A stretch of 63,646 bases of DNA, filler included, from Reticulomyxa filosa (GCA_000512085.1; 18 parts of 18 records of this genome joined end to end with filler, not necessarily neighbours in it), one strand, 5' to 3'. Shown: positions 39,599 to 52,390, counted from the whole stretch's first letter. The notes: generated by a model from the letters alone, not told the origin. Program-made: numbers and translations.

Positions 39599-41610
39599 TT
39601 AGGTCAAAGGCTGCAACTCTTTTGCAAAAAGTAATAAAACAGGTTTGAGAGCGCTGACTGGGATGTCTCCATCACTAGCCAAGATATCAACGTTGCCAGT
39701 GGTGGTTGATTGCATTAATTCCACTTCTTTATTTTCGTACTCTTCCTTTTCGAATTCGCTGACGCTGCCGCTCTGTAGCTTTTTTGTGAGTCGTTTCATT
39801 TTGTTAACTTTGCGTTGTAACATTTCCTTTGCCAAAAATTCCATAAAATGAAAACCATTGTATCCATTTGGTCTTAATTGTTCAATCCAATCGGATCCAA
39901 TGTCTATGCTGATGTGACTCAATCATGGACATAAAACCAAAAAAAACAAACTACAAATTGACTTTTCATCCTTTTTTTATTTTCTTCTATCCCTTCCTCT
40001 CTATCTCTTTACAACTCCTCAATCAAGTGAATATATTGGTCACACCTTTCATTTATCGGGAATTGCTTTTTTTTCGACATTTCATAGTTCATAACTTTTA
40101 CTTCAATCCAAGCAGTCAACAGACGTTTGAAAATGTTTGCTTTTTGTATGGGGGTCAGCCAATCTTGAGATTTTTTATACGTTTCAATTCCTTGTCTCAA
40201 TCGAGAAATTGTTAATGGTGTAAGCAGCAAAAAATCGAGCATTTCATAGTAACGATTTGCATCATTGCATAAAATTACTCGAAACAGAATTCGTTGCTCA
40301 AACAATTCAAAGTCTTGCTTTGCTTTATTCTCTGTTTTAAAAAAAAAAAAAAAAAAAAAGCCAATATATACATTACTTTGTGTTATAAATTTTGAAAAAT
40401 GAATTGTTTTAAACAAAAGTAGGATTAAAAAGTCTCTTACGTTGTTCTTTTTCGTCTGCTTGCATAGCGTTGGAATTGGAAGCATTTTTTTGTCTTTCAT
40501 AGGAATCGTCACTGATTAAGACGTCGGGCAATGTGGTCAATCCATTCTTGACAGCTGATAAGCTTTGCAAAGCTCGATATGCGATTTGTTTGGTTGAGGC
40601 TTGTTGATGAAACGACAGTAGCTGGATTAACCGAATGCCAGCAACAGGATGCCAGTGATCGTAAAGACGACACACTGCGCCCAGCAGATAAAAAGGAGTT
40701 GTCAATTCCACACGAAATCGATTGGACTGTTTGTTTTCAGCGGTTATTTCCATCGTGTGCTTTTCCACGCTTGCAGGTAACAATAATATGCGACACAACT
40801 CATTTGGATTTGTTAAAAATGTAGATACATCGAATGGATCTGTGTTGTGTGAACGGTTTTGATTTTCTCCTTCCATTGGGGGAGAGGAGAGGAAAAAAAA
40901 ACAACAAAACGTCACCATTCCGAATGCCTTCCAATTTAAGCTTTTTTTTCCAATATAACGAGATCTGAAAGCACATTGGATGTCACAATAGTTCGGATTT
41001 CGTCAATGTCAAATTCATTGGTGCTATCAACGACAACAGCATTGGGTTTGCTTAGTGGATTTACAGGCAAAGGCTGTAAGTCGTCACTATTTATCAATTG
41101 CGTTATCTCTTTATCAATAAAAGTCACATTATTTGCCGATGAGCGATTCTCAGGCAAACTTTGATAAACATGTTTCAAGTATTCCAATAGCGATAGCATT
41201 AGTTTTTTTCCATATATTTTGGCTTTGGTTTTGTTTTTGTTTTTTTTTTAATTGGCATAATTTCTTTTTTTAAAAAAAAAAAAAAAGAAAAAGTTACCAT
41301 GGTGAATGATATATTTTGGATTTTTTTCACAAATTTTTTGAAGATATCGCAGTACCAAAGCATCATATTGCGGATATTTGTGCAACAAGGCGACAGTCAG
41401 TGGAAACGGTGTATGCATAAATGCTTCATGCACCTGTGCCGACCGAAGCACGTCATTGGTGTTCGATTGTTGCCAAAAAAAGTCGATTAAAAACTTGCTT
41501 CGAGAAACAAGCGTATTTTCCCCCCAGCGTGTCAATGCATTCAATCCTGCCAAAATTTTTTGTGTGGGTTCGTAGCGAGCAATCACATTGTCTACCTTTA
41601 GGATCAGACG
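39599..41610 (-). CDS. Hypothetical helical protein (multi-exon, 5'-truncated)
   Basis: A chain of minus-strand ORFs separated by poly-A/T introns; no recognised motif. Confidence 0.55.
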
Positions 41611-42479
41611 CCCCACCCCCATCCAAAAAAAATTTTTTGTACACAGAAACAGAGAATCCAAATGCAAAATGAATAATGATTAAAAAANNNNNNNNNNNNN
41701 NNNNNNNNNNNNNNNNNNNNNNNNNNNNNNNTTAATTAATTAANNNNNNNNNNNNNNNNNNNNNNNNNNNNNNNNNNNNNNNNNNNNTATACGTGTCCAC
41801 ACTCCAAAGAAAAACTTCGGGGTTGAAGCCATCCCCGTGTTCAAAAAAAAATTAAAAGATTTATCTATTTTTATTTTTTATTTTTTTTAATAACGTATAA
41901 TCATGTTTGTGAATAGGCATGCCCCCGGCAAAAAAATATTTGTCCTAACTCTCTTCGTGCAAAAGAAAAAAACTATAGGAAAATGGGATAGAGCTTTGAG
42001 CTCCAAGTCAAAGATATTGTTTTGTTTTTTTAAATGAAAAAATTTATTTTATGAATATTAAAATAGGAGTCAAGATCGATGCATTGTGGAAAGTTTTTTT
42101 ATTTTTATTCTTTATTTATATTTGAGAGGAAAAAAATTGATGGGAAAATATTTGGGAAAAGATTGGGAAAATTGTTGGAAAAAGAAGGGGAAATGATTTT
42201 GAAAAGAGGGAGGGAAGTAGTTGGGAAAAGATATGAAAAGTGGGAAAAAAAATGAGAAAAATTTTATTTAAGAAAAATAGAAACAAATATAGAGAAAATT
42301 TTGTTTAAGAAAAATAAAAAAAAATGAGAAAATAAAAAAAAAATGTTAATTGAAAAAAAAAAGATCAAAAAGATAAAAATGAAAAGATAAAAAAAGATAT
42401 AAAAAAAGAGAAAAAGAAAATGATAAAGTAATGAAAATAAAAAGAGAAGATGGCCAAATTTGTGGAGGATTTTGGTCAA

Positions 42480-43853
42480 ATATTGTAATAAAGAAAAGAA
42501 ATTTGGAGGATAATGAGGAGAATGATGAAGACAAAGAGAAGATCGTGTTGGACCTGTTTAAAAAACAGCTATGATAATTATTGGGGTGGCAAAGCGCCAA
42601 AGAGGACATCGAGCTGTGATCTACATGCGCCAGCAAACAAGTGAAATTTCGACGTCATGAAAATGAGCAAACTTCATCAACACAAAAATTGAAACTCGTG
42701 CTGAAACAGATCGTATGCTTACGCACATTCGCAACTTTGGATATTTGTAAGTGATATCGTGGAACAATTGGCAAATTGTACATGTTCAAGTCCATAAAGA
42801 TATATTTTGGTACAGCTAAATGGCGAAAGAAAGTTCATCAAGAAAAAAAAAGAGATGTGGAAATACGTAAAGTAGAAAAGTGTGGTGTCGCAATTGCGAC
42901 AGAAAATGAGTGGAAGTTGATGAAAAAAATCTAGTGGAGCAAGTTCGCCAAGAAGAAAAAAGAACGTGGTATGTTGTGCAAATGTGTGGAGAAGTTGTGG
43001 CGAAACCCGGCAACACAGCGGCAAGCAAGAAGAAAAAGATGTCAAGTGGGAGGATGAAGAGAATTAAGTACATGTCGCTTTGAACTTGTTTTTTTAACCA
43101 ATCAGATGTCTTTGTTGAGTTTTGGTATAAAATTGTTCTTCACACCTAGAAACGCGCAAAATCGCCACTCGAGGGCGTGGACCAACTTCATATGTCGTGT
43201 CCTAATGGAAAGCCCTTAACGAATGCGGCGATTTCAAGCAGTGGCAGTTCGAAGCATTGTAAAAAATGTCTGGAATCAATACAGGGGACAAGATTTTTTA
43301 CGGATAATGGTTGGCTTTTTGGATCGTACGTATACTGATTGGAGAAGCATTGATATCGCGAAACATTGAACATTGTTAATCCGTAAAGAAAGAAAGAGAA
43401 CTAGTTGCATTTTCCAAGTCAATCGCTGCAAGATTTGTGTGCCTTGCGTTTGTCGAAAAACGTCTGTTATCTTTGCCAAATTGCCTCCGAGGTCAACTAT
43501 GAACTACAGACGATGTGTTGGGTAGAATTTAAAAAAGTTAAGAAGTGGAAGACGAAGAAAGAGATAACGTGAAAATGGATAAAAAAAAAATTGATATTGC
43601 GATCGAGCAACCACCACATCAGGAGAACCGTCCCATGTAAGAATTATTCAACTTAACTTTGCCAAAACTCCAAGACACTGGCAAGAAAGAGGAGGATGAT
43701 GGCGAAGAGAAAGAAAATATTATCAAGTTGGATTTTAGAGTGAAAAAAAAAAGAAAGTAGTTGACAGGCTTTATTGAAATTAGTAATTAATTTGCTCTTT
43801 ATGTCCCGAAAGCGCAAAATCGGCACTCAAAACGTATACTAACTTCAAATAGC
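42480..43853 (+). pseudogene. Heavily decayed gene of unknown family with an internal repeat
   Basis: Protein-like patches (MRRFQAVAVRSIVKNVWNQYRGQDFLRIMVGFLDRTY) with many stops; the AQNRHS-x-x-(W/Y)TNF unit occurs twice. Confidence 0.5.
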
Positions 43854-44039
43854 NNNNNNNNNNNNNNNNNNNNNNNNNNNNNNNNNNNNNNNNNNNNTTA
43901 ATTAATTAANNNNNNNNNNNNNNNNNNNNNNNNNNNNNNNNNNNNNNNNNNNNTTTTTTTTTTTGTCTGCATGTTATACATTTACGAATACTAAAGATCG
44001 AATTTTTTAACCCCCTTTTTCGCCCACTCAAAAAAAGTA

Positions 44040-44802
44040 TACGTAACAGCATTTGCCGCGAAATTATTCCACAAAAGTACCATTATAGCACCATCCATAA
44101 TCACCGTACAAATAATAAAGCCCATAGTCGTATAAAAGAGGCAGTGGGGGACTAAAGCAAAAAAAAAAACATTGTGTTTCAAACAACATAACGAAAACAA
44201 ATACAATTTTTTGCTAGTTGCTGCTCCTCCCTCTCTTAAAAAAAAATGCATAAGATTATGTATACAATTTTTTTTAAAGGTTTACCTTTTCGCTTACAGC
44301 ATCGCAAGAGCAAGTTGATCATATTTGCACTTAAGGCAATACCACAAACAACCATCAGCACAAAAGACAGGTAATGAACTTTTACTCCAGCCTTTTTTAA
44401 TGCCTTCAGCTGGATGCAATAGTCGCCGTGGCTGTTGTAATCTCTAATGTTATCTTTTTTGCACATGTCATCGTAGGCATCACTATAACTCACAGTCAGA
44501 GTCTCGTTTAATGCTTCGCCATTAAAAGCGTAGGATGCTGTCAATTCCATTTCCTTGTACCTGTTAACAACCAACATTCGGTCACCTTTCAGTCTATCAC
44601 TCAAAAAAAAAAAAGGAATATTTCAAACATACTTGAATGTAGCATCGGAATAAATGCCGTACGAATACATAGAAGACGTATCATTAAAATGCGAGGATCC
44701 ACTTACCGAAAAAAACTCGTCTACTTCAAGCACTACCCAACACATTGAAAAAGATATGATCAAACACATTGGGGCAAACCAAACATACCGAAATGTGCAC
44801 AT
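44040..44802 (-). CDS. Multi-pass membrane protein (claudin/amastin-like topology), 3'-truncated
   Basis: An N-terminal TM helix, an extracellular loop with two Cys, then two further hydrophobic helices separated by CCKRK. Confidence 0.55.
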
Positions 44803-45402
44803 TGTTACAAGACTTGCTATTATTAATAAAAGAGAGAAACTTTCACAAGCCTAAATTTTTTCCTTGTGCTAGCACCGAACTTCAGAAACTCTCTTGCAAG
44901 TAAAATTGTCACTATGTAATAAACATAAAACGTTTTAGCCTGACGTTGTTATTTCATACTTTTTTATTCGGTTTTCATTCAAATTACTCTAGATATTGAC
45001 TCCAACAGCTTTTGGCCTGTTCCAGTAAACAATTTTTCTAAGGTGCGATACTTCTTTTTGGTTTTAAGTAAACAAGAACTGTTTTGTTTTTTATTGGCAA
45101 AATGTCATTCATTGATTTAATTGGTTTTTTTGTTGATAACTTTGTCATCTTTAACAGAAGTGGTTATGATACACTATCAATATTGAGAAGTTATAATAAA
45201 TAATTAATGTTTTGATACTTCTATTAAATATGCTACCGTGATGGTTTGTAATACATGGTGTTCAAAGAAATTTCTTATAATTAAAGCGCGTGATTTTCTA
45301 CGGTTTTTTTGCGTGCAAACTCTATAATAATTCATTTTTGGAAATGAAAACTTCATAAATGTTGTACAGGAAGCCTTTTGTAGGAGTACAAAAAAATTCG
45401 AA

Positions 45403-46160
45403 ATGTCAAGATCAAATGTACAAAAAACCTTTGCAATACCGCCATTTGGATATATATTATGCAATGGGGTTTTAATGAAATGGGATGATTATTTAGCAGA
45501 AGAAATAGTGGAAGAAGTACAAATCATGCCACCGTTGGAGCGAGACAATACGGAAGAATATGTCGTAGAAAAATTAGAAAAAGCGATGGAAGCATTAGAA
45601 AAGGAAAGAGATGAATATGAATGCAAAGTGAGGAACCACTATATGAAATTAATGGAGCAACAAGTGGCAAAGATAAAAGCGATATTTAACGAACAAATAA
45701 ATCGAATACATGATTTTATTAAAAAGCAGAAGTCGGAATGGACATCAAAGGGAGAAACTTCAAAAAAGGATAGTGACAACGGCCAACGTATTCAAAATAC
45801 ACTGACGCTAGAAGCAGCCGCCAAGATAAAAAAAACGAGTGACAAACCGCAAATCCCTTTGTCGTCGTGTATCTATTACAAAGAATATGTAACCATTAGC
45901 AATACCAATACAAATGCAAATATAAACGCAAGTGCAAATACAAATGTCAATGCAAACACAAATGGTATCGCTCAATTGCTTTTGGAATGGAGCAATGATG
46001 ACAAAGCACAATCACAATCCCCAAGCTCTAATACATCATACACAATACAATATCCGAACGAAGAAGGTCGTGAGAGTCCCATCCTTGCACATAACAACAA
46101 CAGCTGCTATAATAATAATACTACGCATGTTTTCGATGAACTCGATGATAATGATGATAA
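45403..46160 (+). CDS. Hypothetical coiled-coil plus Asn-rich protein
   Basis: Long ORF that runs out into a (TA)n microsatellite; its link to the downstream ARM exon is unresolved. Confidence 0.55.
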
Positions 46161-46187
46161 TATGATGATAATGATATACATCATCAT

Positions 46188-46218
<31 letters not shown>

Positions 46219-46269
46219 ATCATTACAATAAATTCTTTTATTATTTTTCCTTCCTTTTTTTTTTTAAAG

Positions 46270-48781
46270 CTGCTCATATCATGGTTCAATTGGGAGTGCT
46301 GGATTTGATATTGACAGTAAGTAAAGGCTATCCGGATGAAATTGAAATCCAAAAGTCATGCTTGGGATGTGTTGGCAATCTGATGAATGAAACCTCAAAC
46401 GCAGTGGCCTTCTTGGACAAGAAGGGACACCTTCGCATCTTTGAAATAATGAAAGGGCTCGTATTTGAAGAGTCGGTCACATCTTTGTGCTGCAGGCTAT
46501 TGGAGTTCCTGGCCGCCGACTCGGATACCGCAAACACATTAATGGAAAGTGGGGGATGTCGGGCAGTGGCAAGATTGTTGGAAGATAATATCAATCAATC
46601 CTCTTTGATCGCATTAGGTGTAAAGTGCTGTGCAGAATGATATCAACAGATGAGGCAGTACAAATGATTGCAAAGGAGGGCATTGTAGAATTGATGGTCA
46701 CAATTAGCAATGAACAAGACAATTGGAAAAATCTGGAAATTATGAGTGAGGTTATCAAAGTGGTTGGAAAATGTAGTGGATTAGAAGAAAATGCGCAGTT
46801 GTTTGCGAAAGGAGGCTCCGTTGCATTGTTGAAGGCAATTGAAATCCATCATGCCAATGCCGCGTTTATAGGGAATGCCGCAATAGCTTTATCCAAATTG
46901 TCCGTTCATCCTGCCGCGTCGCGATCTTTGGTCAAACGAGGTGCCATTGCGGTGATTGTCGAAAGTGCCAATGTCAATGCAGAGCTCAAAACAGTCATTG
47001 CAAGATATTTACGCACATTGTCGAACTTCTTATATACGGAAATAAAAGCAGGAGAAGAAATCGCGCGCACAAATGCCTATCAAGTGATGCAACATATCGC
47101 TGAAACACATTCGAGCTTTGAACCTTTAACAAAAGAATGGACCGAGTTTGAACAAGCTATTCGCTTGAAAGCTAACAAAATCGGCCAAGACTCGGCCAAA
47201 CACTACAGTGTCTCTATTCGAGACAGAATTGACAAAGCCAATCTACGACTTCTCACTGCCGGCACAGTGATGCGCAAACATGACGACGGTTAGTTTATAC
47301 TTTTGAAACACTTTTTTTTTTTTGGATTTAATCACATATAATTTTACCTTTTTTGCATCATTCCTATTTAATGATCATAACAACAGTACACTTAAGTAAG
47401 GCTCATAAGAAATTAGTTCGCGTGGATGAAAGCTGTGAACTGCTTCTATTTGAAGATACAAATGGAAAGAGAGAACCCGGGCGATTAGATATCAAAAGTA
47501 TTCGACACATTCAAGGCGGAAATAGCCATCCGTCAATGCGTAATGTTCCAAAAGGGTGTGGAATTCAGATTGTTTCGACTGATCCAAATGGTCGCGAGAT
47601 TGTTGTCTGTTTGGAAACCGAGACTGGCATTGAATGTGACAAATGGCTCAGTGCCCTCCAAGAATTAGTGCATGCATGGTCAAATGATAAAGAAGAAGAA
47701 GAAAAAGAAGAAGATAAGAAAGAAGATAAAACTGAGAAACAAAACAAAATAAACAAAGCTATCGATGTTAAATATCACTTTTTTTTTTGCTTGATTATAT
47801 TCAATGATAATCGCATTTACATAAAAAAAAAAAAAAAAAAAAAAAATAGGAGAAAGAAGAAAAAAGGAAATGGATGAAATGGTGGAAAGCAAAAAATGAA
47901 AAAGACAAGTCAGAAATTATTTCAAAATTTGAACATTTATCTAAAAGTGATTTTGGAATATGGCTATTACATCAAAGTAAATGGAAAAATGATTTAACGA
48001 ATGAAAATTTATCTGCAATTTGTGCTGTAATTGAAATTTACATTGACTATAATTTCATTGACAATGTTTTGTTGTTTTTGTTTAGTAAAAAAGAAGTAAT
48101 TACGAAAAAATTAATAAGATTGTCATTTATATTACTTTGTTAAAATAGCAAACAGAAAAAAAACAAGAAGACGACGGAGTTGATTGTGTGCTTTTTGTTA
48201 TTGTTTTTTTTTATTATTATTATTTTTTTTATTCAAATCATAATAACAAACATAACAATAGTTGACAGCTTATGTGATAGTGGATGAAACAAAAAAATTG
48301 ATAAAAATGAAAGAATTAACATTTGAAGAACTTCTTCACCAAGCATATATCTGCTTGGAATCAAAAGCTTTCCAAAAAATCAACAATGAAAATTTAAAAT
48401 TGCAATTGGTTGATATGAAGAACAATATCATTGAATCGAATGAAGCTGTTAAAAAAGAATTTGAAAGTAACGAACCCACATTTAAAATTGTTTGGATTTC
48501 GTTTCAACAGCCGGCGATATTTGGAAAAACAAAAACCATAAAAAATGCATTGGTAATACTAATTGCTATCAGTGAATATGAGGATAACAATATATGGAAA
48601 AATCTCAAAAATGTGAAAGAAAAGGATATTAAGAATTTTAAACAATTGTTCGAACAAGAATTGAACTATGAAATTGTGTACAATCCATCACCAAAAATGA
48701 CAAAAGAAGATATCCAAGATTTTATGGATCAAGTAACGATCAATTTCAAACTTCGAAGAAACACTAATAAATATGATGGAT
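46270..48781 (+). CDS. Armadillo-repeat + PH-domain + caspase-like (peptidase C14) protein, both ends incomplete
   Basis: ARM-like helices at 46270-47200; PH-like LLTAGTVMRKH...CDKWLSALQEL; phase-0 introns 47767-47849, 48066-48148 and 48179-48261 join it to NALVILIAISEY...DIKNFKQLFEQELNY...TKEDIQDF...KYDG. Confidence 0.7.
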
Positions 48782-49019
48782 NNNNNNNNNNNNNNNNNNN
48801 NNNNNNNNNNNNNNNNNNNNNNNNNTTAATTAATTAANNNNNNNNNNNNNNNNNNNNNNNNNNNNNNNNNNNNNNNNNNNNAAAAAAAAAAAAAAGGGGC
48901 TTGAAGGAAAAAATGCTTTTGAGAAATGTTTTCCCTCCCTTCTTATTGTTCTTTTCATCGGGATTATTCCATGGAATTTTACGTGACATTAAAAAAAAAA
49001 ATGACGTGAATTAGGTATT

Positions 49020-49323
49020 ACGTACCAATTTGCCCCAAATAAGAATTAATGTGCTGTGGCAAGTCTTCTGTGCCTCTTGTGCCTTTTGCTGCTAACATCT
49101 GAGACATTGCAGTAAATCCGCTGACATCAGCAAATAACGCCGCGGAATAAAATGTTTCACAATAAGGCGCTTTCAGCTTTTCTTGTCGTTGCAACGCATG
49201 CTTCACAATTTCTGGAACAAATGAAGTTAACGCTTGTGCATATACTTCTGATATTACTTTATCCTCTTCTTGAGCTAATGGTGCTGAAGTCACCCTCACC
49301 AATGGTACAGGACTTGTAGCCAT
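49020..49323 (-). CDS. Soluble adenylyl cyclase (ADCY10)-like class III cyclase, first exon
   Basis: TSFVPEIV...AALFADVSGFTAMSQML...GTEDL..HINSYLGQI matches the sAC C1 start (AHLPD.IV...LMFVDISGFTAMTEKF...GAEQL...LN). Confidence 0.8.
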
Positions 49324-49861
49324 TGAACTTTGTTGGACCTTTAAGCGTTTTAAAAAACATTGCAGCGTGCTTACTCGGCAGTTCATTTATTTCGTTATGT
49401 TTTAAACGATGAAAAATAAACTTCAGTTTTATCCTTCAAGCACTTAACAGAGCACAGCGTGAGCAATACTTTCGTTTAAATGTATCCAATCGAATGTATA
49501 AGCAGTTGTTGAGATTGAACAAGTTTTTAAGTATAAATTGGTATAATAAAAAAAGGAAGATATCACTGCACTTCTATAAGCAGAAATCTTGTCCAAAAGG
49601 AGTCAATTGAAATAGAAGAATATTCAGGAAATAGTTTTGCATTAACTTCATTTGGATTTAGGTTAATAACTAAGACTACACCATTGAAAATTTATTGCAA
49701 AAAAAAAATGCTTTGCAATGAAGTAAAAAATTATCCACATTATATTGTTCTGAGTATGATTTATCAGAATACCACATTTGAAGACAGCCACACAATATGA
49801 AAAAGGGGGCAAAGAATTTGAAATATTTTTAGTCGATGATATGAATAATCCTCGAAACAAA

Positions 49862-50911
49862 ATGTCATATTCATTCATCTTTAAAATAGTTCGGCAACAT
49901 TACAATGCGTATCGCAAATATTGGAGTAATATATGTCTTCGACGAGGTTATGTTACGTCTCGTCCCTTCTATAACCCGTCCAAAGCGGTGATGTGGCCGT
50001 TAATAGCCAGCACCGCCATGAGTTCGGTAAGACTCTAAGAACTACAAAAAAAAAAAAAAAAAAAATCAGAAATTTCCAGAAATATATTATTTTTTAATTT
50101 TTTTAAAAAAAAAGTTATGGTGGGCCAATAAGAATGTATTATTATGCGAATCGAACAACAATAACAATCGGAATTCAACCCCAGATCGACGAGCACATCG
50201 TCGTCAGCAGCTAGAGCGATTCGGACATGAGTTGTGCATCGCAGTTCGCAACAAAGAGTACGAGGTGGTGGAGCGACTGTTATCGGAGCCGCAATCAGAC
50301 CCGGACGCGCGCAGCCCGTACGGATGGAGTGGACTGCACATTGCGGTGGTGAACAACGACAAGCGAATGGCGGAGCTGCTGTTGGAAAGCGGAGCGAACG
50401 TGGACCTGGCGGACTTGACAAATCCTTACATGAACAGCAGCATCCGTCGCCAAGAGTTTAGCGATCGCATCCACGCCAATGCGCCGACGCAAGGATGGAC
50501 GTCGCTGCACTACGCGACAGCGTTTTTGAACGAATCCATGATCGAGTTGCTGTGCAGCTACGGCGCCGACCCAGATAAGAAAGATAGTCGAGGCTTCACG
50601 TGCTACGACTACTTGGACGAAAGCGTGCCAAAGGCATCGCAGATCAGTCAACTGCTAGATCAAAAACGCGAAGCCTATCTGCAACATCGCGAGCAACTGG
50701 AGCGCGAAAGAAGACTCAAATACCCCTTGGAAGACCAGCTCAAAGAACGCATCGTCGGACAAAAGCTACCCATTAATAGCGTCGCCAGCGCCATTCGTCG
50801 CAAGCTCAATGGTTGGCATGACGAAGATCATCCTTTGGTCTTTTTGTTTTTGGGCTCCAGTGGTGTTGGTAAAACTGAATTGGCAAAGACTTTAGCAAGT
50901 AATATATATGT

Positions 50912-50957
<46 letters not shown>

Positions 50958-52032
50958 ATATATATGTGTATATGCATGTCATTGATTTAATAGGTATATT
51001 ACATAACAGAAACAAAGATGCCTTCATTCGTGTGGATATGAGCGAATTTCAACACAAACACGAAGTAAGCAAATTCATTGGAAGTCCGCCTGGCTACGTA
51101 GGGTACGAACAGGGCGGCCAACTAACCAGCAAACTGAAACAATATCCCAATGCCGTCGTCTTGCTTGACGAGGTCGAAAAGGCACATCCGGACATTCTCA
51201 CTGTCATGCTGCAGCTGTTCGACGAAGGGCGCATCACTGACGGCAAAGGCGAAACCGTTCACTGCAAAGACGCCATTTTCATCATGACCTCCAATTTGGC
51301 CCAAACCGAAATTGGAGATCAAGCCGAGCTGTTGCGAAAAGAATCCGAAAAAGCAGATTACACAAAGTATGTTTTAATGTGTCTATGTGTGTGTGTATGT
51401 GGTGAAAACTTGGATCACTTAACCAATCTTTTTATTTTTTGTACGCGTATGATAGCACCTCAAATGACAACACTCCAAAAATTCACGACGACGCCTTGAC
51501 ACTGCCGCGTCAATTCATCGAAAATACCATTCAACCCATTTTGAAAAGCCACTTTCAAAGGGACGAGTTTTTAGGACGCATCAATGAAATCCTCTACTTT
51601 TTGCCGTTCAGCGAATTGGAGCTGAAACAACTGACTGAAAAGGAGTTACGAAAATGGAAAGATTATGCGATGAAACGTCACGGCATTCAAGTCGAATGGG
51701 ACGACAAAGCTGTTGACTTAATTCGAGACGGATATAATATGAGATACGGAGCCAGAAGCATTCAACACGAAGTTGAAAAACGCATTGTCAATCAAATTGC
51801 CAAATACCACGAGTCTGGTAACATCCGACCAGGCTGCAAAATTCGTATCACTGGGGACATTTCAAAAAATGTCATTCAACTTGACTTGTTGCAAAAAGGT
51901 AAAAATGACAGCGGGCAAGACAGCTGGCTTGACCGAGTTTTGCCTCAAAAAAAAGACAAAGAAATTATTGCTGAAAAAGCCAGTGGCTACTCACTTGACG
52001 AAGGAACAAACAAAAAGGGCTGGTTTTGGTAA
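49862..52032 (+). CDS. CLPB: Mitochondrial ankyrin-repeat AAA+ disaggregase (CLPB/Skd3 type)
   Basis: Presequence-like N terminus; ankyrins GWSGLHIAV and GWTSLHYAT; [19 protein letters not shown]; [27 protein letters not shown]; GSPPGYVG; [10 protein letters not shown]; YGARSI. A single AAA+ domain. Confidence 0.95.
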
Positions 52033-52390
52033 TTTTTAATCTCTTTCTCATTTTCAAAACTATCTCTTATTGATAAGCACCATTTTTTTCTGTACTTTCA
52101 ATTTTTAAAATATTGCATTTGTTGCCAAGTTTTGTCGCTAAAAAATACTTTTGAATTTGACACTGAATACGGTCCAAAAATTTTTTTCAGCAATCACCAA
52201 CTGTTTACACAAGCTCTTGTATACCGCATTAAAATGTCACTGCATCCAAAATGACGTCATAGACCATCTTGATCGTTACTAAAACTGGCAATCCCAATTC
52301 ATCAGTCTACACTTGTCTTCCGGAGAAATAGTGGATCTTTCCAGAAAAAAAAACAAACAAGGTCCTTATACTATCACAACAAAATGTAGA

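Noticed and set aside
42140-42250. Telomeric repeat
   Set aside because: The units are irregular GGGAAAA, not a T-G-rich telomere motif, and they are internal to the contig.
42480-43853. Stop-codon reassignment explaining the interrupted ORFs
   Set aside because: All three stops and frameshifts occur in the decayed regions, and intact genes end in TAA, TAG and TGA normally.
45403-46270. Upstream ORF as the 5' exon of the ARM-PH-caspase gene
   Set aside because: No convincing in-phase donor (only a weak GTCCC), and the join lies at a (TA)n microsatellite. Left unresolved.
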